Source: Patescibacteria group bacterium
GTDB taxonomy: Bacteria; Patescibacteriota; WWE3; JAMCXX01
Length of the DNA: 55,185 nucleotides
Direction of reading: 5' to 3'
Assembly (NCBI GenBank): GCA_023474425.1
Contig: JAMCXX010000004.1
Span: 1-55,185, forward strand
The first letter of the stretch is position 1. Each line of letters opens with the position of its first letter. Position numbers and translations under genes: made by a program. The notes beneath the pieces were generated by a model. The model saw nothing but the letters and a program-made list of their open reading frames with translations. It was not told where the DNA came from and ran no database searches. Of the stretch, positions 34,676 through 44,626 are shown piece after piece.

Positions 34676-37234
34676 ATGCCCGTTCAAGGACTGACGAGCA
34701 GTGAGGCCTTAAGCAAGCTTAAAGATTTAGGACCCAACGAAATCGCCGAGAAAAAAAGAAACGGACCTCTTTCCATTTTCCTTGGCCAATTTGCCAACTT
34801 TTTGGTAATACTCCTTATTATTGCCGCCGCGCTTTCCTTCTTCCTTGGCGACGCCACCGACGGAATTTTTATTCTTCTTATCGTAATTCTTAACGGCGCC
34901 TTGGGTTTTGCCCAGGAGGTCAAGGCCGAAAAAGCCATTGAGGCCTTAAAAAAAATTACCATTTCCCGAATCCGGGTGTTGCGTGACGGTGTGGAGACGG
35001 AAGTTGACAGCCGTATGCTTGTCCCCGGAGACGTTTTCTTTGTGGAAGAGGGCGTCAAAATTCCCGCCGACGGCAAAGTTCTTAACGCCTACAATCTTGA
35101 GGTCAACGAGTCAAGCCTTACCGGAGAGTCGCTGCCGGTTGCAAAAAGCGTATCGGCGGAAAATTCGGGTAAGGTTGTTTTTTCCGGCACGGTTGTAGCC
35201 GGCGGGCGCGGCCAAATACTGGTTGTGGCAACCGGTATGCGCACACGTTTCGGCAAAATTGCCGAAAGCCTCCAGAATATTCCCAGCGAACCCACTCCCC
35301 TGCAGAGAAAAATTAACTCTCTCGGACGGCAGCTTGGAATACTGGGCGTGGCCGCAAGCCTGCTGGTCTTAATTCTGGCCATTGTTCGGAGCACGCCGAT
35401 TTTTGACTCAATTCTTACGGCTATCTCCCTCTCGGTGGCGGCCATTCCCGAAGGACTGCCGGCGGTTATTACCATTACCCTGGCCGTGGGGGTGCAGCGA
35501 ATGTCCAAGGCCAAAGCCGTGGTACGCAAAATGACGGCCGTGGAAGCTTTGGGCTCTACCTCCACCATTGCCACCGACAAAACCGGAACTCTAACCGAAA
35601 ACCAAATGCGGGTTCGCGAAGTCTGGTTTGACGGTGCCTCTCACTCATCCGACAATTTAGAACCCAAAGAATCGCTCGAAAAAATTATTCATATCTCCTC
35701 TATCTGCAACAACTCCAGCCTGGTTTATAAAAAGGATGGCGGTATTAGTATCTTGGGTGACACCACCGAAGGCTCCCTCCTGCTATTTGTCCACAATTTA
35801 GGACTGAACCCTCAACAAATAAAGGAGGCCGAGACGATGGTTGCCGAACTCCCATTTAATACCGTCTCCAAAACTATGACCTCCGTCTACACTCACGCCG
35901 GACAGACCGAAATTCTAACCAAGGGCGCTCCGGAATCAATTCTTAAAATATCTTCGCAAATTTTGTGGATGGGAAAACCGGAGAGTCTTACCGAATCCAA
36001 AAGGCAACTTGTAACAAAAGCTTTTGAACAATCGGCGGCCACCGGCTTGCGCATGATTGCCTTCTCGTTCAAAAATCCGGAGGTGGGAAACCCGGTTGAA
36101 ATAAAAAGGGACGAAGCCGAATCACAAATGGTTTTTGCCGGATTCGTAGGCATCGCCGACCCGCCTAGGGAAGAGGCAAAGGCAGCCGTTCGTCAGTGCA
36201 AAGACGCCGGAATTCGGATCATCATGGTAACGGGAGACAACGAGCTCACCGCCAACGCCATAGGCAGCGAACTGGGAATAATCGAGGAAGGTGAAGATAT
36301 CGTCACAGGGTCCCAGCTGGACAGTTACTCCGACGACGACCTTATTAAAATTCTTCCCAAGGTTAAAATATTTGCACGCACTACCCCGGAACACAAGTTT
36401 AGAATCGTTAAATCCCTGCAAAAGCTCGGCGAAGTGGTGGCCGTTACCGGCGATGGGGTTAACGATGCTCTGGCCTTAAAACAGGCCGACGTGGGCGTGG
36501 CCATGGGAAGGACCGGCACCGATGTAGCTAAAGAGGCGGCCGACTTAGTAATCACCGACGATAATTTTGCCTCCATTGTACGGGCGGTGGAGGAAGGCCG
36601 CGTGATTTTCGAAAATGTTAAAAGCGCCGTCAAGTATCTAATCGGCTGCAACAGCGGCGAAGTCCTGGCCGTACTTTTGGGAATTATTTTTGGCTGGCCG
36701 CTAATTCTAACCCCTATTCAAATTCTTTACGTCAACCTGATTACCGACGGACTGCCGGCAATTGCCCTGGCTCTAACGCCAAAACATACCGACACTATGC
36801 AAAGAAAGCCGCGCAAGGGTGAAGAGATTATAACCGGCCGGGACCTTCCATGGTTCGCGGAAGTTACCTCCCTGACCACTGCCGTAACTCTTATGGCCTT
36901 CTATTTAGGACTACAATTAAATATATCGGCGGCCCGAACCCTGGCGCTGACCGTCATCGTTTTTGCCCAGCATTTCGTTCTTTTGGACGTTTGGAGCCGC
37001 AACAAATCCGGGATTAACGTTTATCTTCTTAAAAATCCAGTCTTTCTTCTGGCCTTCGCCTTTCCCTTCCTACTCCAACCGATACTTACTTACCTGCCGC
37101 TCTCCGCTAAAATTCTAGAACTCACCCCCATTAGTCCTGCCGATTTGGGTCTGGTCTTTCTTCTTTCCCTAGCCGTTTTTATTGTTTCGGAACTGCGAAA
37201 GCTAGTCCTCAAAAAAAATATTATTCGTTCCTGA
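34676..37234 (+). CDS. P-type cation-transporting ATPase (type IIA, Ca2+-like)
   Basis: TGES, PEGLP, DKTGTLT, KGAPE, TGDN, GDGVND. Confidence 0.96.
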   Translation: MPVQGLTSSEALSKLKDLGPNEIAEKKRNGPLSIFLGQFANFLVILLIIAAALSFFLGDATDGIFILLIVILNGALGFAQEVKAEKAIEALKKITISRIRVLRDGVETEVDSRMLVPGDVFFVEEGVKIPADGKVLNAYNLEVNESSLTGESLPVAKSVSAENSGKVVFSGTVVAGGRGQILVVATGMRTRFGKIAESLQNIPSEPTPLQRKINSLGRQLGILGVAASLLVLILAIVRSTPIFDSILTAISLSVAAIPEGLPAVITITLAVGVQRMSKAKAVVRKMTAVEALGSTSTIATDKTGTLTENQMRVREVWFDGASHSSDNLEPKESLEKIIHISSICNNSSLVYKKDGGISILGDTTEGSLLLFVHNLGLNPQQIKEAETMVAELPFNTVSKTMTSVYTHAGQTEILTKGAPESILKISSQILWMGKPESLTESKRQLVTKAFEQSAATGLRMIAFSFKNPEVGNPVEIKRDEAESQMVFAGFVGIADPPREEAKAAVRQCKDAGIRIIMVTGDNELTANAIGSELGIIEEGEDIVTGSQLDSYSDDDLIKILPKVKIFARTTPEHKFRIVKSLQKLGEVVAVTGDGVNDALALKQADVGVAMGRTGTDVAKEAADLVITDDNFASIVRAVEEGRVIFENVKSAVKYLIGCNSGEVLAVLLGIIFGWPLILTPIQILYVNLITDGLPAIALALTPKHTDTMQRKPRKGEEIITGRDLPWFAEVTSLTTAVTLMAFYLGLQLNISAARTLALTVIVFAQHFVLLDVWSRNKSGINVYLLKNPVFLLAFAFPFLLQPILTYLPLSAKILELTPISPADLGLVFLLSLAVFIVSELRKLVLKKNIIRS

Positions 37235-37235
37235 C

Positions 37236-37269
37236 TTGACAACCCCACTTATATTCGGTATATTTTCGG
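37236..37269 (+). promoter_or_regulatory. Sigma70 promoter overlapped by a TTCGG-N6-TTCGG direct repeat (candidate SOS operator)
   Basis: TTGACA at 37236-37241, a 17-bp spacer, and TATATT at 37259-37264 flanked by TTCGG at 37254 and 37265. Confidence 0.7.
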
Positions 37270-37375
37270 TAATATAAATGGGTCGGAAGGCAGAAGGCAA
37301 TAGGTCCTAGGTAAATAAATCTAGGTGCTCCAAGGACTTCTGACTTTCTAACTTCAGACCTCCTGACCTCATTGT

Positions 37376-37621
37376 ATGTACGAAGATATTAACGAGCCCA
37401 TAGAAGTTGCCACACATTTCAAGGGTGGTCGGGCAAGTCCTCTTGCCTTCCGCTGGCAGCACCTATTCTTTAAGGTCAGCCGAGTCAACCTTTATCATAA
37501 ATTCCGCATCGGCCGGGATGTTATTCACGCTTACTCGGTTTCCACTGACCAAGGAGGAACGTTCAAGATTTCTTTTGATCCTAATCTGCTCACATGGCGA
37601 CTGAACCAAATTTACAACTGA
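37376..37621 (+). CDS. Small protein (DUF6504-like) upstream of dinB
   Basis: EPIEV...P.AFRW....KV.RV...YSV......F...FD...W.L pattern; overlaps the dinB ORF. Confidence 0.75.
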   Translation: MYEDINEPIEVATHFKGGRASPLAFRWQHLFFKVSRVNLYHKFRIGRDVIHAYSVSTDQGGTFKISFDPNLLTWRLNQIYN

Positions 37622-38928
37622 AGTCCCACGAATTTAATTGTTCCCCTTCAAACGTCATGCACATTGATTTGAATAGCTGCTTTGCTTCAATAGAGCAGCA
37701 GGCCAATCCAACGCTTCGCGGCATTCCTACCGTCGTGGCCGCCTACCCCACCGGCGGTGGCTGTGTGCTGGCGGCCAGCATTGAAGCCAAAAAACTGGGT
37801 ATAAAAACAGGCTGGCGTGTCAGGGACGCACAAAAAGTCTGCCCGCAAGTAGCCGTTCTTATCCCAGACCCGGCCAAATACCGCCACGTCCACAAAGAAA
37901 TGATGAAAATATTCGAAGCCTACTGCGGCAATGTTACCCCCAAAAGCATTGACGAGGCTGTTCTCACATTTGGAAAGCCCGAGCGGAGGGCATGGTTTGC
38001 AGCGAACGTTGAGGGGGAGCCGTCAGTATTCGGTCTGACGGAGGACTCCTTGAGTGAGTCGCAAACTATGCCCGAGCTCGGAAACATAGGAAAACAAATC
38101 AAAAAAGACATTAAGGAAAAAATTGGGGAATGGCTTACTGTTAGCATCGGCATAGGACCAAACAGGTTTATGGCCAAAACGGCCGCCGGACTTCAAAAAC
38201 CCGACGGTCTCGAAGAAATAAACTTTATGAACGTGGATAGAATATTTAGCGGCCTGAAGGTTGAGGACCTTTGTGGCATTAATGTTGCCCTTAAGTCCCG
38301 CCTCAATGCTGCCGGAATTTATTCGGCTTTAGAATTCCTCAACGCTAACCGCTACACGCTAAACGCTGTTTTTCGCTCCATCTCTTCCTACCACTGGTAC
38401 ATGCGTTTAAGAGGGTTCGAAGTTGACAACTGGTCTACGGAGAGAAAAAGCATTGGGCATTCCTATGCTTTGCCCAAAGCCACAAACGACGAAAGAGAGC
38501 TCGGTAAAATACTTTTTAGGCTTTGCGAAAAGGTCGGTCTGCGCTTACGCAATAATAACCTGGAAGCCCAAGGAGTTTACCTTTTCTGCTCCTACAAGGG
38601 TAGAACCTGTTTTCACAAAAGTCATAAACTTCACCAGAAGATATTTACCACCCCGGAAATCTACCAACAGGGTTTGCGGATTTTGAGCGAGAGTCTCAAG
38701 ATGGTTAACTCTATTGGAACCCTCGCCGTCGGGGTTTTTGACCTATCTCAATCCCTATACCAACAACAAACCTTCTTCGAAGACCAAGACAAAAAAAGGC
38801 ACCTAGCCCAAACGCTAGACAAGATTAATAACAAGTACGGTAATTTTTCTGTGTCTTTCGGCACCACTTTTGGCCTGTCCAAGAAAATCCTGGACCGCAT
38901 TGCCTTCGGCGGAATTAGAGATATGTAA
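37594..38928 (+). CDS. dinB: Y-family DNA polymerase IV with an in-frame hairpin insertion
   Basis: HIDLNSCFASIEQ, AASIEAKKLG, SIDEA, SIGIGPNRFMAKTA...KPDG. Confidence 0.94.
   Translation: MATEPNLQLKSHEFNCSPSNVMHIDLNSCFASIEQQANPTLRGIPTVVAAYPTGGGCVLAASIEAKKLGIKTGWRVRDAQKVCPQVAVLIPDPAKYRHVHKEMMKIFEAYCGNVTPKSIDEAVLTFGKPERRAWFAANVEGEPSVFGLTEDSLSESQTMPELGNIGKQIKKDIKEKIGEWLTVSIGIGPNRFMAKTAAGLQKPDGLEEINFMNVDRIFSGLKVEDLCGINVALKSRLNAAGIYSALEFLNANRYTLNAVFRSISSYHWYMRLRGFEVDNWSTERKSIGHSYALPKATNDERELGKILFRLCEKVGLRLRNNNLEAQGVYLFCSYKGRTCFHKSHKLHQKIFTTPEIYQQGLRILSESLKMVNSIGTLAVGVFDLSQSLYQQQTFFEDQDKKRHLAQTLDKINNKYGNFSVSFGTTFGLSKKILDRIAFGGIRDM
37979..38081. repeat. ~100-bp hairpin element inserted in frame in dinB
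   Basis: CCGAGC..GGGCATGGTTTGC...GCAAACTATGCCC..GCTCGG stem; the core is shared with 12531-12636. Confidence 0.9.
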
Positions 38929-38940
38929 AAAATCTTACGG

Positions 38941-39609
38941 CTACTTACCGGCGATAATTAGAGTAACTTCACCCTTAACTTGCCGGCCTTTAAACTTTTC
39001 CAAAACTTCCGACACCGCGCCCCGCACGAAATCTTCGTGAATTTTTGTCAGTTCGCGGGCCACGCAGATTTGCCGGTTCCCTAAAACTTCCAAAATGTCC
39101 TTGAGGGTAAAAAGCAGACGGTGGGGAGATTCATAAACGACAATTGTCCCTTCTTCCAACTTTAACGATTCCAAAAAGTTGCGCCTTTTTCCCGGTTTCT
39201 GCGGCAAAAAACCAACAAAGACAAACCGGTCGGTGGGCAGACCGGAAGCGGCTAAGGCGGCAACGGCGGCCGATGGACCGGGAATAGGAACCACCTTTAC
39301 GCCCTGGGCAATCGCCGCCCTGACTAACGAGTAACCGGGGTCGGAGACCGCCGGCATACCGGCATCGGTAACTAAAGCCACATTGGCCCCGGATAAAATC
39401 TGGCTGACTATTTTAGCCGTCTTCGACAATTCATTATGTTCAAAAAAACTTTCCAGAGGCTTGGAAATTTCGTAATGAGAAAGCAGTTTACCTGTCACCC
39501 GAGTGTCCTCGCAAACCACCAAATCTGATGACTTTAAAACTTTAAGGCCTCTAAAGGTGACATCTTCCAAATTCCCAATCGGCGTGGCTACTAAATATAA
39601 AATTCCCAT
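38941..39609 (-). CDS. rsmI: 16S rRNA C1402 2'-O-methyltransferase
   Basis: LYLVATPIGNLED, EDTR, DAG.P.VSDPG, YESPHR, RELTK.HE. Confidence 0.96.
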   Translation of the reverse strand: MGILYLVATPIGNLEDVTFRGLKVLKSSDLVVCEDTRVTGKLLSHYEISKPLESFFEHNELSKTAKIVSQILSGANVALVTDAGMPAVSDPGYSLVRAAIAQGVKVVPIPGPSAAVAALAASGLPTDRFVFVGFLPQKPGKRRNFLESLKLEEGTIVVYESPHRLLFTLKDILEVLGNRQICVARELTKIHEDFVRGAVSEVLEKFKGRQVKGEVTLIIAGK

Positions 39610-39621
39610 AATCAGCCTATA

Positions 39622-39676
39622 CGTCATCCTGATCCGGCTCAGCCGAAGAAGGATCTAAACAGCCAGACGGGGATGA
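39622..39676. repeat. CGTCATCCTGA...GAAGGATCT REP-like element
   Basis: Carries the family signature; intergenic. Confidence 0.75.
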
Positions 39677-39742
39677 TATAACTCAGAATAACAACCGTAT
39701 ATGTTATTTTATCATTATTGAACTTGTGTCTATAATGTAGCT

Positions 39743-40048
39743 ATGGCAACAAGTATTAATAAACTGACAAAAGGCGCCTTAAAGATGCAGCTGGAAACCA
39801 CCAAACAGATGATTGTTCTGGCCACCAACGGCTTTGGGCTGGTGGCCGCTCTGGCTTGGAACAATGTGGTTCAGGACGCGGTTAATACCTATATTAAACC
39901 CTTTTTGCCAAACGGCTCCGGTTTGGTTTCGCTTCTTATTTACGCTCTCCTGGTTACCGTTCTGGCCGTAGGCATTACCGTTCAGCTAACTGCGCTTAAA
40001 GACCGTTTGGAGAAGTCGATGCTCGAAAAAGAAGGCAATGAAACTTAA
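39743..40048 (+). CDS. DUF5654-like small membrane protein
   Basis: FGLVAALAWN motif; two TM segments. Confidence 0.8.
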   Translation: MATSINKLTKGALKMQLETTKQMIVLATNGFGLVAALAWNNVVQDAVNTYIKPFLPNGSGLVSLLIYALLVTVLAVGITVQLTALKDRLEKSMLEKEGNET

Positions 40049-40625
40049 AACTGTCTTCTCTATATTGATATTATTAATTATAACAGCGTCCGTTTCATTT
40101 TCTCTGGGTTATACTCTTAACAACGCAAACTTAATTGCCCGGTATGCCGGCCAAATTATTCAAAGCATTAAAGGTATGAATTCCACCCAAGTGGTTATTA
40201 AAGAGTCGCCGGCTCCGGTGCAGGTTTCCATTAAACCTTCTGCGACTTCGCCCAAACCCAATTGGAGCGGCCCGGATTTCTGGAACGCGATCTCCGATAA
40301 ACGCCGCGAGGGAGGCTTAAGCCCAATACCGGTGGTAGATATTCTTTGCACCCTGGCGGCCATAAGGCTTAACGACCTTAGAACCCTGGGACGCTTGGAC
40401 GACCACAACGGGTTCAAGCCCCTCGTTGATAAATATCATGACGATTTAGTGAAGGCAGATCAGCTTAACCTTTACGAATTTCTCACCTATGGCGCCCCCA
40501 CGGCCAAAGATGCTGTTGACGGTCTTTTTAATACCCTTGGTCACAAGGCTTTATTCACCGATATTTACAAGGGTGGCTGCGCCTACGCCGCCGACACCTT
40601 TGGCGTTGTGATAACATCTAAATGA
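40038..40625 (+). CDS. Membrane-anchored CAP/SCP-like domain protein
   Basis: N-terminal TM segment; R...GL......LC.LA..R, H.GF and GH pattern. Confidence 0.6.
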   Translation: MKLKTVFSILILLIITASVSFSLGYTLNNANLIARYAGQIIQSIKGMNSTQVVIKESPAPVQVSIKPSATSPKPNWSGPDFWNAISDKRREGGLSPIPVVDILCTLAAIRLNDLRTLGRLDDHNGFKPLVDKYHDDLVKADQLNLYEFLTYGAPTAKDAVDGLFNTLGHKALFTDIYKGGCAYAADTFGVVITSK

Positions 40626-40633
40626 CGCGGACT

Positions 40634-40670
40634 CGTCATCCTGAGCGGAGTGAAGGATCTAAACTATGAC
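40634..40670. repeat. CGTCATCCTGAGCGGAGTGAAGGATCT...ATGAC REP-like element
   Basis: Carries the family signature; its ATGAC end coincides with the NUDIX start codon. Confidence 0.75.
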
Positions 40671-41091
40671 TTTCGAATTAGGAAACCGAGTCATCCGAAA
40701 AGCGGCCGGAATAATTGTTAAGGACAGAAAACTCCTTTTGTTTAAAGGAGGCGGTAAGGATACCTTTGTTGCACCCGGAGGTAAACCAGAAGGTAACGAG
40801 ACAATAACGGAAGCACTTGCCCGTGAACTTAAAGAAGAGGTTGGAATAGTAATTGACGGTAATGATTTGGAAGAATTTGGAACATTTTCTGCCGAGGCGG
40901 CCACCAAACCCGGTTATGTTGTTAAGATGGAAACCTTTATTGTTAAGTCCTGGCAGGGAGAAATTAAAGCCTGCGAAGAAGGCTCAGAGATACTCTGGAT
41001 AAACTCTCAAATTCCAAAGGATATAAAAGTAGGCTCAATATTCGCTCATGAAGTAACTCCCAGATTAAAGGAAAGAAACTTAATCGATTAA
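40666..41091 (+). CDS. NUDIX hydrolase
   Basis: Nudix box GGKPEGNETITEALARELKEEVG. Confidence 0.93.
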   Translation: MTFELGNRVIRKAAGIIVKDRKLLLFKGGGKDTFVAPGGKPEGNETITEALARELKEEVGIVIDGNDLEEFGTFSAEAATKPGYVVKMETFIVKSWQGEIKACEEGSEILWINSQIPKDIKVGSIFAHEVTPRLKERNLID

Positions 41092-41141
41092 TACTAAAGA
41101 GCTGTATAATATTTAAGTTATCGACCGCTCATAAACAAGTC

Positions 41142-41540
41142 TTACAAAATGGGCACCATAATAATCAACTCTTTTTGCGACCGGTAAAATTCAATCCGTG
41201 GGCGGGAAATATCTTCTGGGTATTTGCTGGCCAATGACTTAAAAGTTGGATAAAGCTGGTCAATCTTACCACCCCAATCCCAGATCTTGGTTTTAACATA
41301 TTTTCCTTCGGGAATTGATGTTTCCCCGAATCCTAGAGCCCGAGGATCCTCCCCAGCTACAACCGCCACAGCGGCAAGGTAGGTTTTCCCTTCGTCAGAA
41401 ATAATCCCATAGAATCTCCTCCCCTTTAAGGTGGAAAGTTTTCCCTCCAGCGTACTAAACGCCGCCGCCGCCCCTTGGGGTCCATCTTCCGACTTAACAT
41501 ACATTACCTTTATCTCATCTAACAAAATTTCAGATTCCAT
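41142..41540 (-). CDS. GyrI-like small-molecule-binding protein
   Basis: FYG, Y.AAV, IPEGKY, RP.IEFY pattern. Confidence 0.7.
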   Translation of the reverse strand: MESEILLDEIKVMYVKSEDGPQGAAAAFSTLEGKLSTLKGRRFYGIISDEGKTYLAAVAVVAGEDPRALGFGETSIPEGKYVKTKIWDWGGKIDQLYPTFKSLASKYPEDISRPRIEFYRSQKELIIMVPIL

Positions 41541-41542
41541 AA

Positions 41543-42730
41543 TTAACAGTTAGCTCCTTTATGAATTTTAGTAAAATAAGTGTGGTTCCTTATTACATCC
41601 GGCAAAAAACTTTCCCTAGTATATTTTTCGTAACCTTTGCTGTAACCCAAGTCCCTCATAAGTCTCGTGGGAGCGTTTCTAATTTTAAGAGGAATAGGAA
41701 GGTTCCCATATTCTTTGACATCTGCCAGGGCTTTCATGTAGGCATCGTACGCCGAGCGGTCTTTGGGGGCTTTAGACAGATAAACCGCTCCGTGGGCCAA
41801 ATTTTCCTGGCATTCAGGCAAGCCGATTGTTTCACAGGCGCGAAAGACCTCATTGGCCACAACCAGCGCCGTTGACTGAGCCATACCCACATCCTCCGAA
41901 GCAAAAACAACCAAACGCCTTGCAATAAACAGCGGGTCTTCGCCGGCGGCTACCATGCGGGCCAAATAATAAAGAGCCGCATCCGCGTTGGAAGCTCTCA
42001 TTGATTTAATAAAGGCACTAATCGTATCGTAGTGTTCGTCGCCCACCCGGTCATACCTTAAAAACTTGCTCTGCAGTGCCTGCGCCAAAGTTTTCTGACT
42101 CACTTCTTTGTACAAACGGGCGGTCTCTTCCATAAGGTTTAAGGCCTTACGGGCGTCGCCGTTGGCAAAAGCAACCAAAAAATCCTCGGCTTCGCACTCG
42201 AGTTCCACCGAAATTTCCTTGGCTCCCCTCTTTAAAATTCGGGAAAGGTCGCCCGCTGAAAGCGGCTCCAAAACAAAGACGCGGGCACGGGACAAAAGCG
42301 GGCTAATTATCTCAAAACTGGGATTTTCGGTCGTGGCGCCAAATAGAACAATAGTTCCGTCTTCAACAAAAGGCAGAAAAGCGTCCTGCTGGGCTTTAGT
42401 GAACCGATGTATTTCGTCTATGAACAGAATCGTTCTCCGACCGGAAGTTTTAAGACGTTCCCGGGCTTCCCCAACCACCGCCATCACATCGGCTTTTCTG
42501 GCCGCTACGGCCGAGTACTCAACAAAATGCGCGCCCGTTTGGGAAGAAATAATCCTGGCCAAAGTGGTCTTGCCGATTCCCGGAGGCCCCCAAAAAATAA
42601 TGGAGAAAAGATTGCCGGTTTCAACAATTTTGGAAAGCGGTTTATCTACACCAATTAAATGGCTCTGTCCGACCACCTCTCCAAGCGTTGAGGGCCTGAT
42701 TCTATCTGCCAAGGGAGCCGCTGTGTTCAT
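41543..42730 (-). CDS. rarA: Replication-associated recombination protein A (MgsA/RarA)
   Basis: PLADRIRP, GPPGIGKTT, DEIHRF.KAQQD, ATTENPSF, ISAFIKSMR.S. Confidence 0.96.
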   Translation of the reverse strand: MNTAAPLADRIRPSTLGEVVGQSHLIGVDKPLSKIVETGNLFSIIFWGPPGIGKTTLARIISSQTGAHFVEYSAVAARKADVMAVVGEARERLKTSGRRTILFIDEIHRFTKAQQDAFLPFVEDGTIVLFGATTENPSFEIISPLLSRARVFVLEPLSAGDLSRILKRGAKEISVELECEAEDFLVAFANGDARKALNLMEETARLYKEVSQKTLAQALQSKFLRYDRVGDEHYDTISAFIKSMRASNADAALYYLARMVAAGEDPLFIARRLVVFASEDVGMAQSTALVVANEVFRACETIGLPECQENLAHGAVYLSKAPKDRSAYDAYMKALADVKEYGNLPIPLKIRNAPTRLMRDLGYSKGYEKYTRESFLPDVIRNHTYFTKIHKGANC

Positions 42731-42740
42731 ACTTTCCGGT

Positions 42741-42756
42741 TTCGGTAAACTTTCGG
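42741..42756. promoter_or_regulatory. TTCGG-N6-TTCGG direct repeat 10 bp upstream of rarA (candidate SOS operator)
   Basis: TTCGG TAAACT TTCGG; same geometry as the site at the dinB promoter. Confidence 0.6.
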
Positions 42757-42807
42757 TTAATCACAGTATGGGCTATTAAGTTCGTGGTGTCAATTAGAAA
42801 AAACGGG

Positions 42808-43077
42808 TTATTTTTGAGGTTTGGCGGGAATTACGGAGACTTTTTTCTTGCCTTTTTTTAGAAAGGAATAGTCGACAACGCCTTCAATCATAGAAAAAAT
42901 AGTATAATCGCGGCCCATACCCACGTTGAGACCTGGGTGAATCACCGTTCCCAACTGTTTAACCAAAACGGTCCCGACCTTAACTTTTTGACCGCCGTAA
43001 ACTTTTATTCCCCGCGATTTACCGCGGATATTTCCTCCCTGGCGGGCTTTGCTGCCCCCGGCTTTTTTATGCGCCAT
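42808..43077 (-). CDS. rpmA: 50S ribosomal protein L27
   Basis: MAHKKAGG...HPGLNVGMGRDYTIF. Confidence 0.97.
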   Translation of the reverse strand: MAHKKAGGSKARQGGNIRGKSRGIKVYGGQKVKVGTVLVKQLGTVIHPGLNVGMGRDYTIFSMIEGVVDYSFLKKGKKKVSVIPAKPQK

Positions 43078-43088
43078 ACCTTATAAAA

Positions 43089-43463
43089 TTACGAACTTAT
43101 AGAAATAACTCTTACTTTAGTCAAACTTGATCTGTAGCCAATGTGCTTCCGGTACCGCGATTTGGCTTTATACTTATAAACATCAATCTTAGGCCCTTTC
43201 AAGTTCTCCACTATCTCCAGCTTAACCCCAGCTCCTTCCAAATAAGGCCGGCCGAATTTCGCCTGACCGTCTTTCGACAAAAGTAAAACCTGTTTAATCT
43301 CAAAACTCTCGCCGGTTTCCAGGCCGCGGCGGTCAATTGTAAAAACCTCCCCTTCCTTAACCAGGTATTGATGTCCGGACAGTTCAACGACAGCCAAAAC
43401 ACTACCCGTCCTTGCCGTGTTGTCAGGGTTTTCTTTAATTTTCGCAATCTTTTTCGTGACCAT
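43089..43463 (-). CDS. rplU: 50S ribosomal protein L21 (with N-terminal extension)
   Basis: AVVELSGHQY.V.EG, G.PYL, KYKAKSRYRK..GYR; upstream of rpmA. Confidence 0.95.
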   Translation of the reverse strand: MVTKKIAKIKENPDNTARTGSVLAVVELSGHQYLVKEGEVFTIDRRGLETGESFEIKQVLLLSKDGQAKFGRPYLEGAGVKLEIVENLKGPKIDVYKYKAKSRYRKHIGYRSSLTKVRVISISS

Positions 43464-43482
43464 AAGAAAGCATTTTAATTTA

Positions 43483-44547
43483 TTATGTCTCTTTGTGCAA
43501 GACGGTTGACTGGACCACGCCCAGGCAAAGGACGGTCGTTACCAGAGAGCTGCCGCCGGATGAAATGAGAGGCAGAGGAATGCCCGTAACCGGAGCCAAA
43601 CCAAGATTCATTCCGATATTAATGGCGAATTGCGAAAAAATCATGGAGAAAACCCCCAAACACAGAAGTTTGCTAAAAGGTTGGACGGCTCGGTCATATA
43701 GAATCAAAATCCGAAAAAGCATAAATGTAAAAATAATTAGAATAAGAAAATCGCCTACAAGACCCCATTCTTCGGATAAAGCGGCAAAAATAAAATCGTT
43801 ATGGTACTCGGGCAAAAAACGCAGACGGCTTTGTGTTCCCTGCCCAAAGCCCCGACCAAAAATTTGTCCGCTACCAATGGCGATGCGGGACTGGAGAATA
43901 TGGTAACCGGCGCCCAAAGGGTCCGCAGAGGGACTTAAGAATGTGGTTAATCTTTGACGTTGGTATGCTTTTAGCGAATGCCAGAGAATTGGGGAAACAA
44001 GAATTGCCGCCAAACCAAAGATAATCAGATATTTAACTTTAAAACCGCTGCCAACAAGCATCAGCATCCAAATAGAAAAAATAACCAGGGTGGTGCCTAA
44101 ATCCGGCTGCCAAAAGACAAGCAAAATCGGCGGTGTAATAATAAACAGACAAATAAGAAAGCTTCTTATATTACCCCGCCAGAAACGCGAAGAAAAGAAA
44201 GCCGCCAAAACTACAATCAAGAGAAACTTGGCGAGTTCCGAGGTTTGCAGGGTAACTCCACCTAAGAAAAGGGGGATCCAACGCACGGCTCCATGCGAGA
44301 GAATACCGATAAATAAGGTGGCCGTAAGAAGAGTAAGGGCTAAAAAATAAAAAAAAGGCGAAAAAATTTTAAAATAGTCCGTTTGCGTAAAGGCTACAAA
44401 AAAATAGAGAATTAACCCAAACAGCCCAAAAACAGCCTGCTCGGCAGCCAAACCCGGGTCGGTGGAGTAAATCACCAAAACACCAAATGAGATTAAAAAA
44501 ATCATGGGAATAAAAATTCCCCAGTCAAATTTTCTTAGGTTCTCCAT
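43483..44547 (-). CDS. rodA: SEDS family rod-shape-determining protein RodA
   Basis: GAVRWI, Q.SE.AK, QPDLGT, GYH..QS.IAIGSG, LPE.H.DFIF, PVTGIPLPLIS.GGSS. Confidence 0.92.
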   Translation of the reverse strand: MENLRKFDWGIFIPMIFLISFGVLVIYSTDPGLAAEQAVFGLFGLILYFFVAFTQTDYFKIFSPFFYFLALTLLTATLFIGILSHGAVRWIPLFLGGVTLQTSELAKFLLIVVLAAFFSSRFWRGNIRSFLICLFIITPPILLVFWQPDLGTTLVIFSIWMLMLVGSGFKVKYLIIFGLAAILVSPILWHSLKAYQRQRLTTFLSPSADPLGAGYHILQSRIAIGSGQIFGRGFGQGTQSRLRFLPEYHNDFIFAALSEEWGLVGDFLILIIFTFMLFRILILYDRAVQPFSKLLCLGVFSMIFSQFAINIGMNLGLAPVTGIPLPLISSGGSSLVTTVLCLGVVQSTVLHKET

Positions 44548-44626
44548 AACTAAGACGTTTTAATTATAATCCCTTTTAGGAAAAAATTAGGGAAGTGAAC
44601 GGTTTTGGTCCACTCCCCCATAAGTC

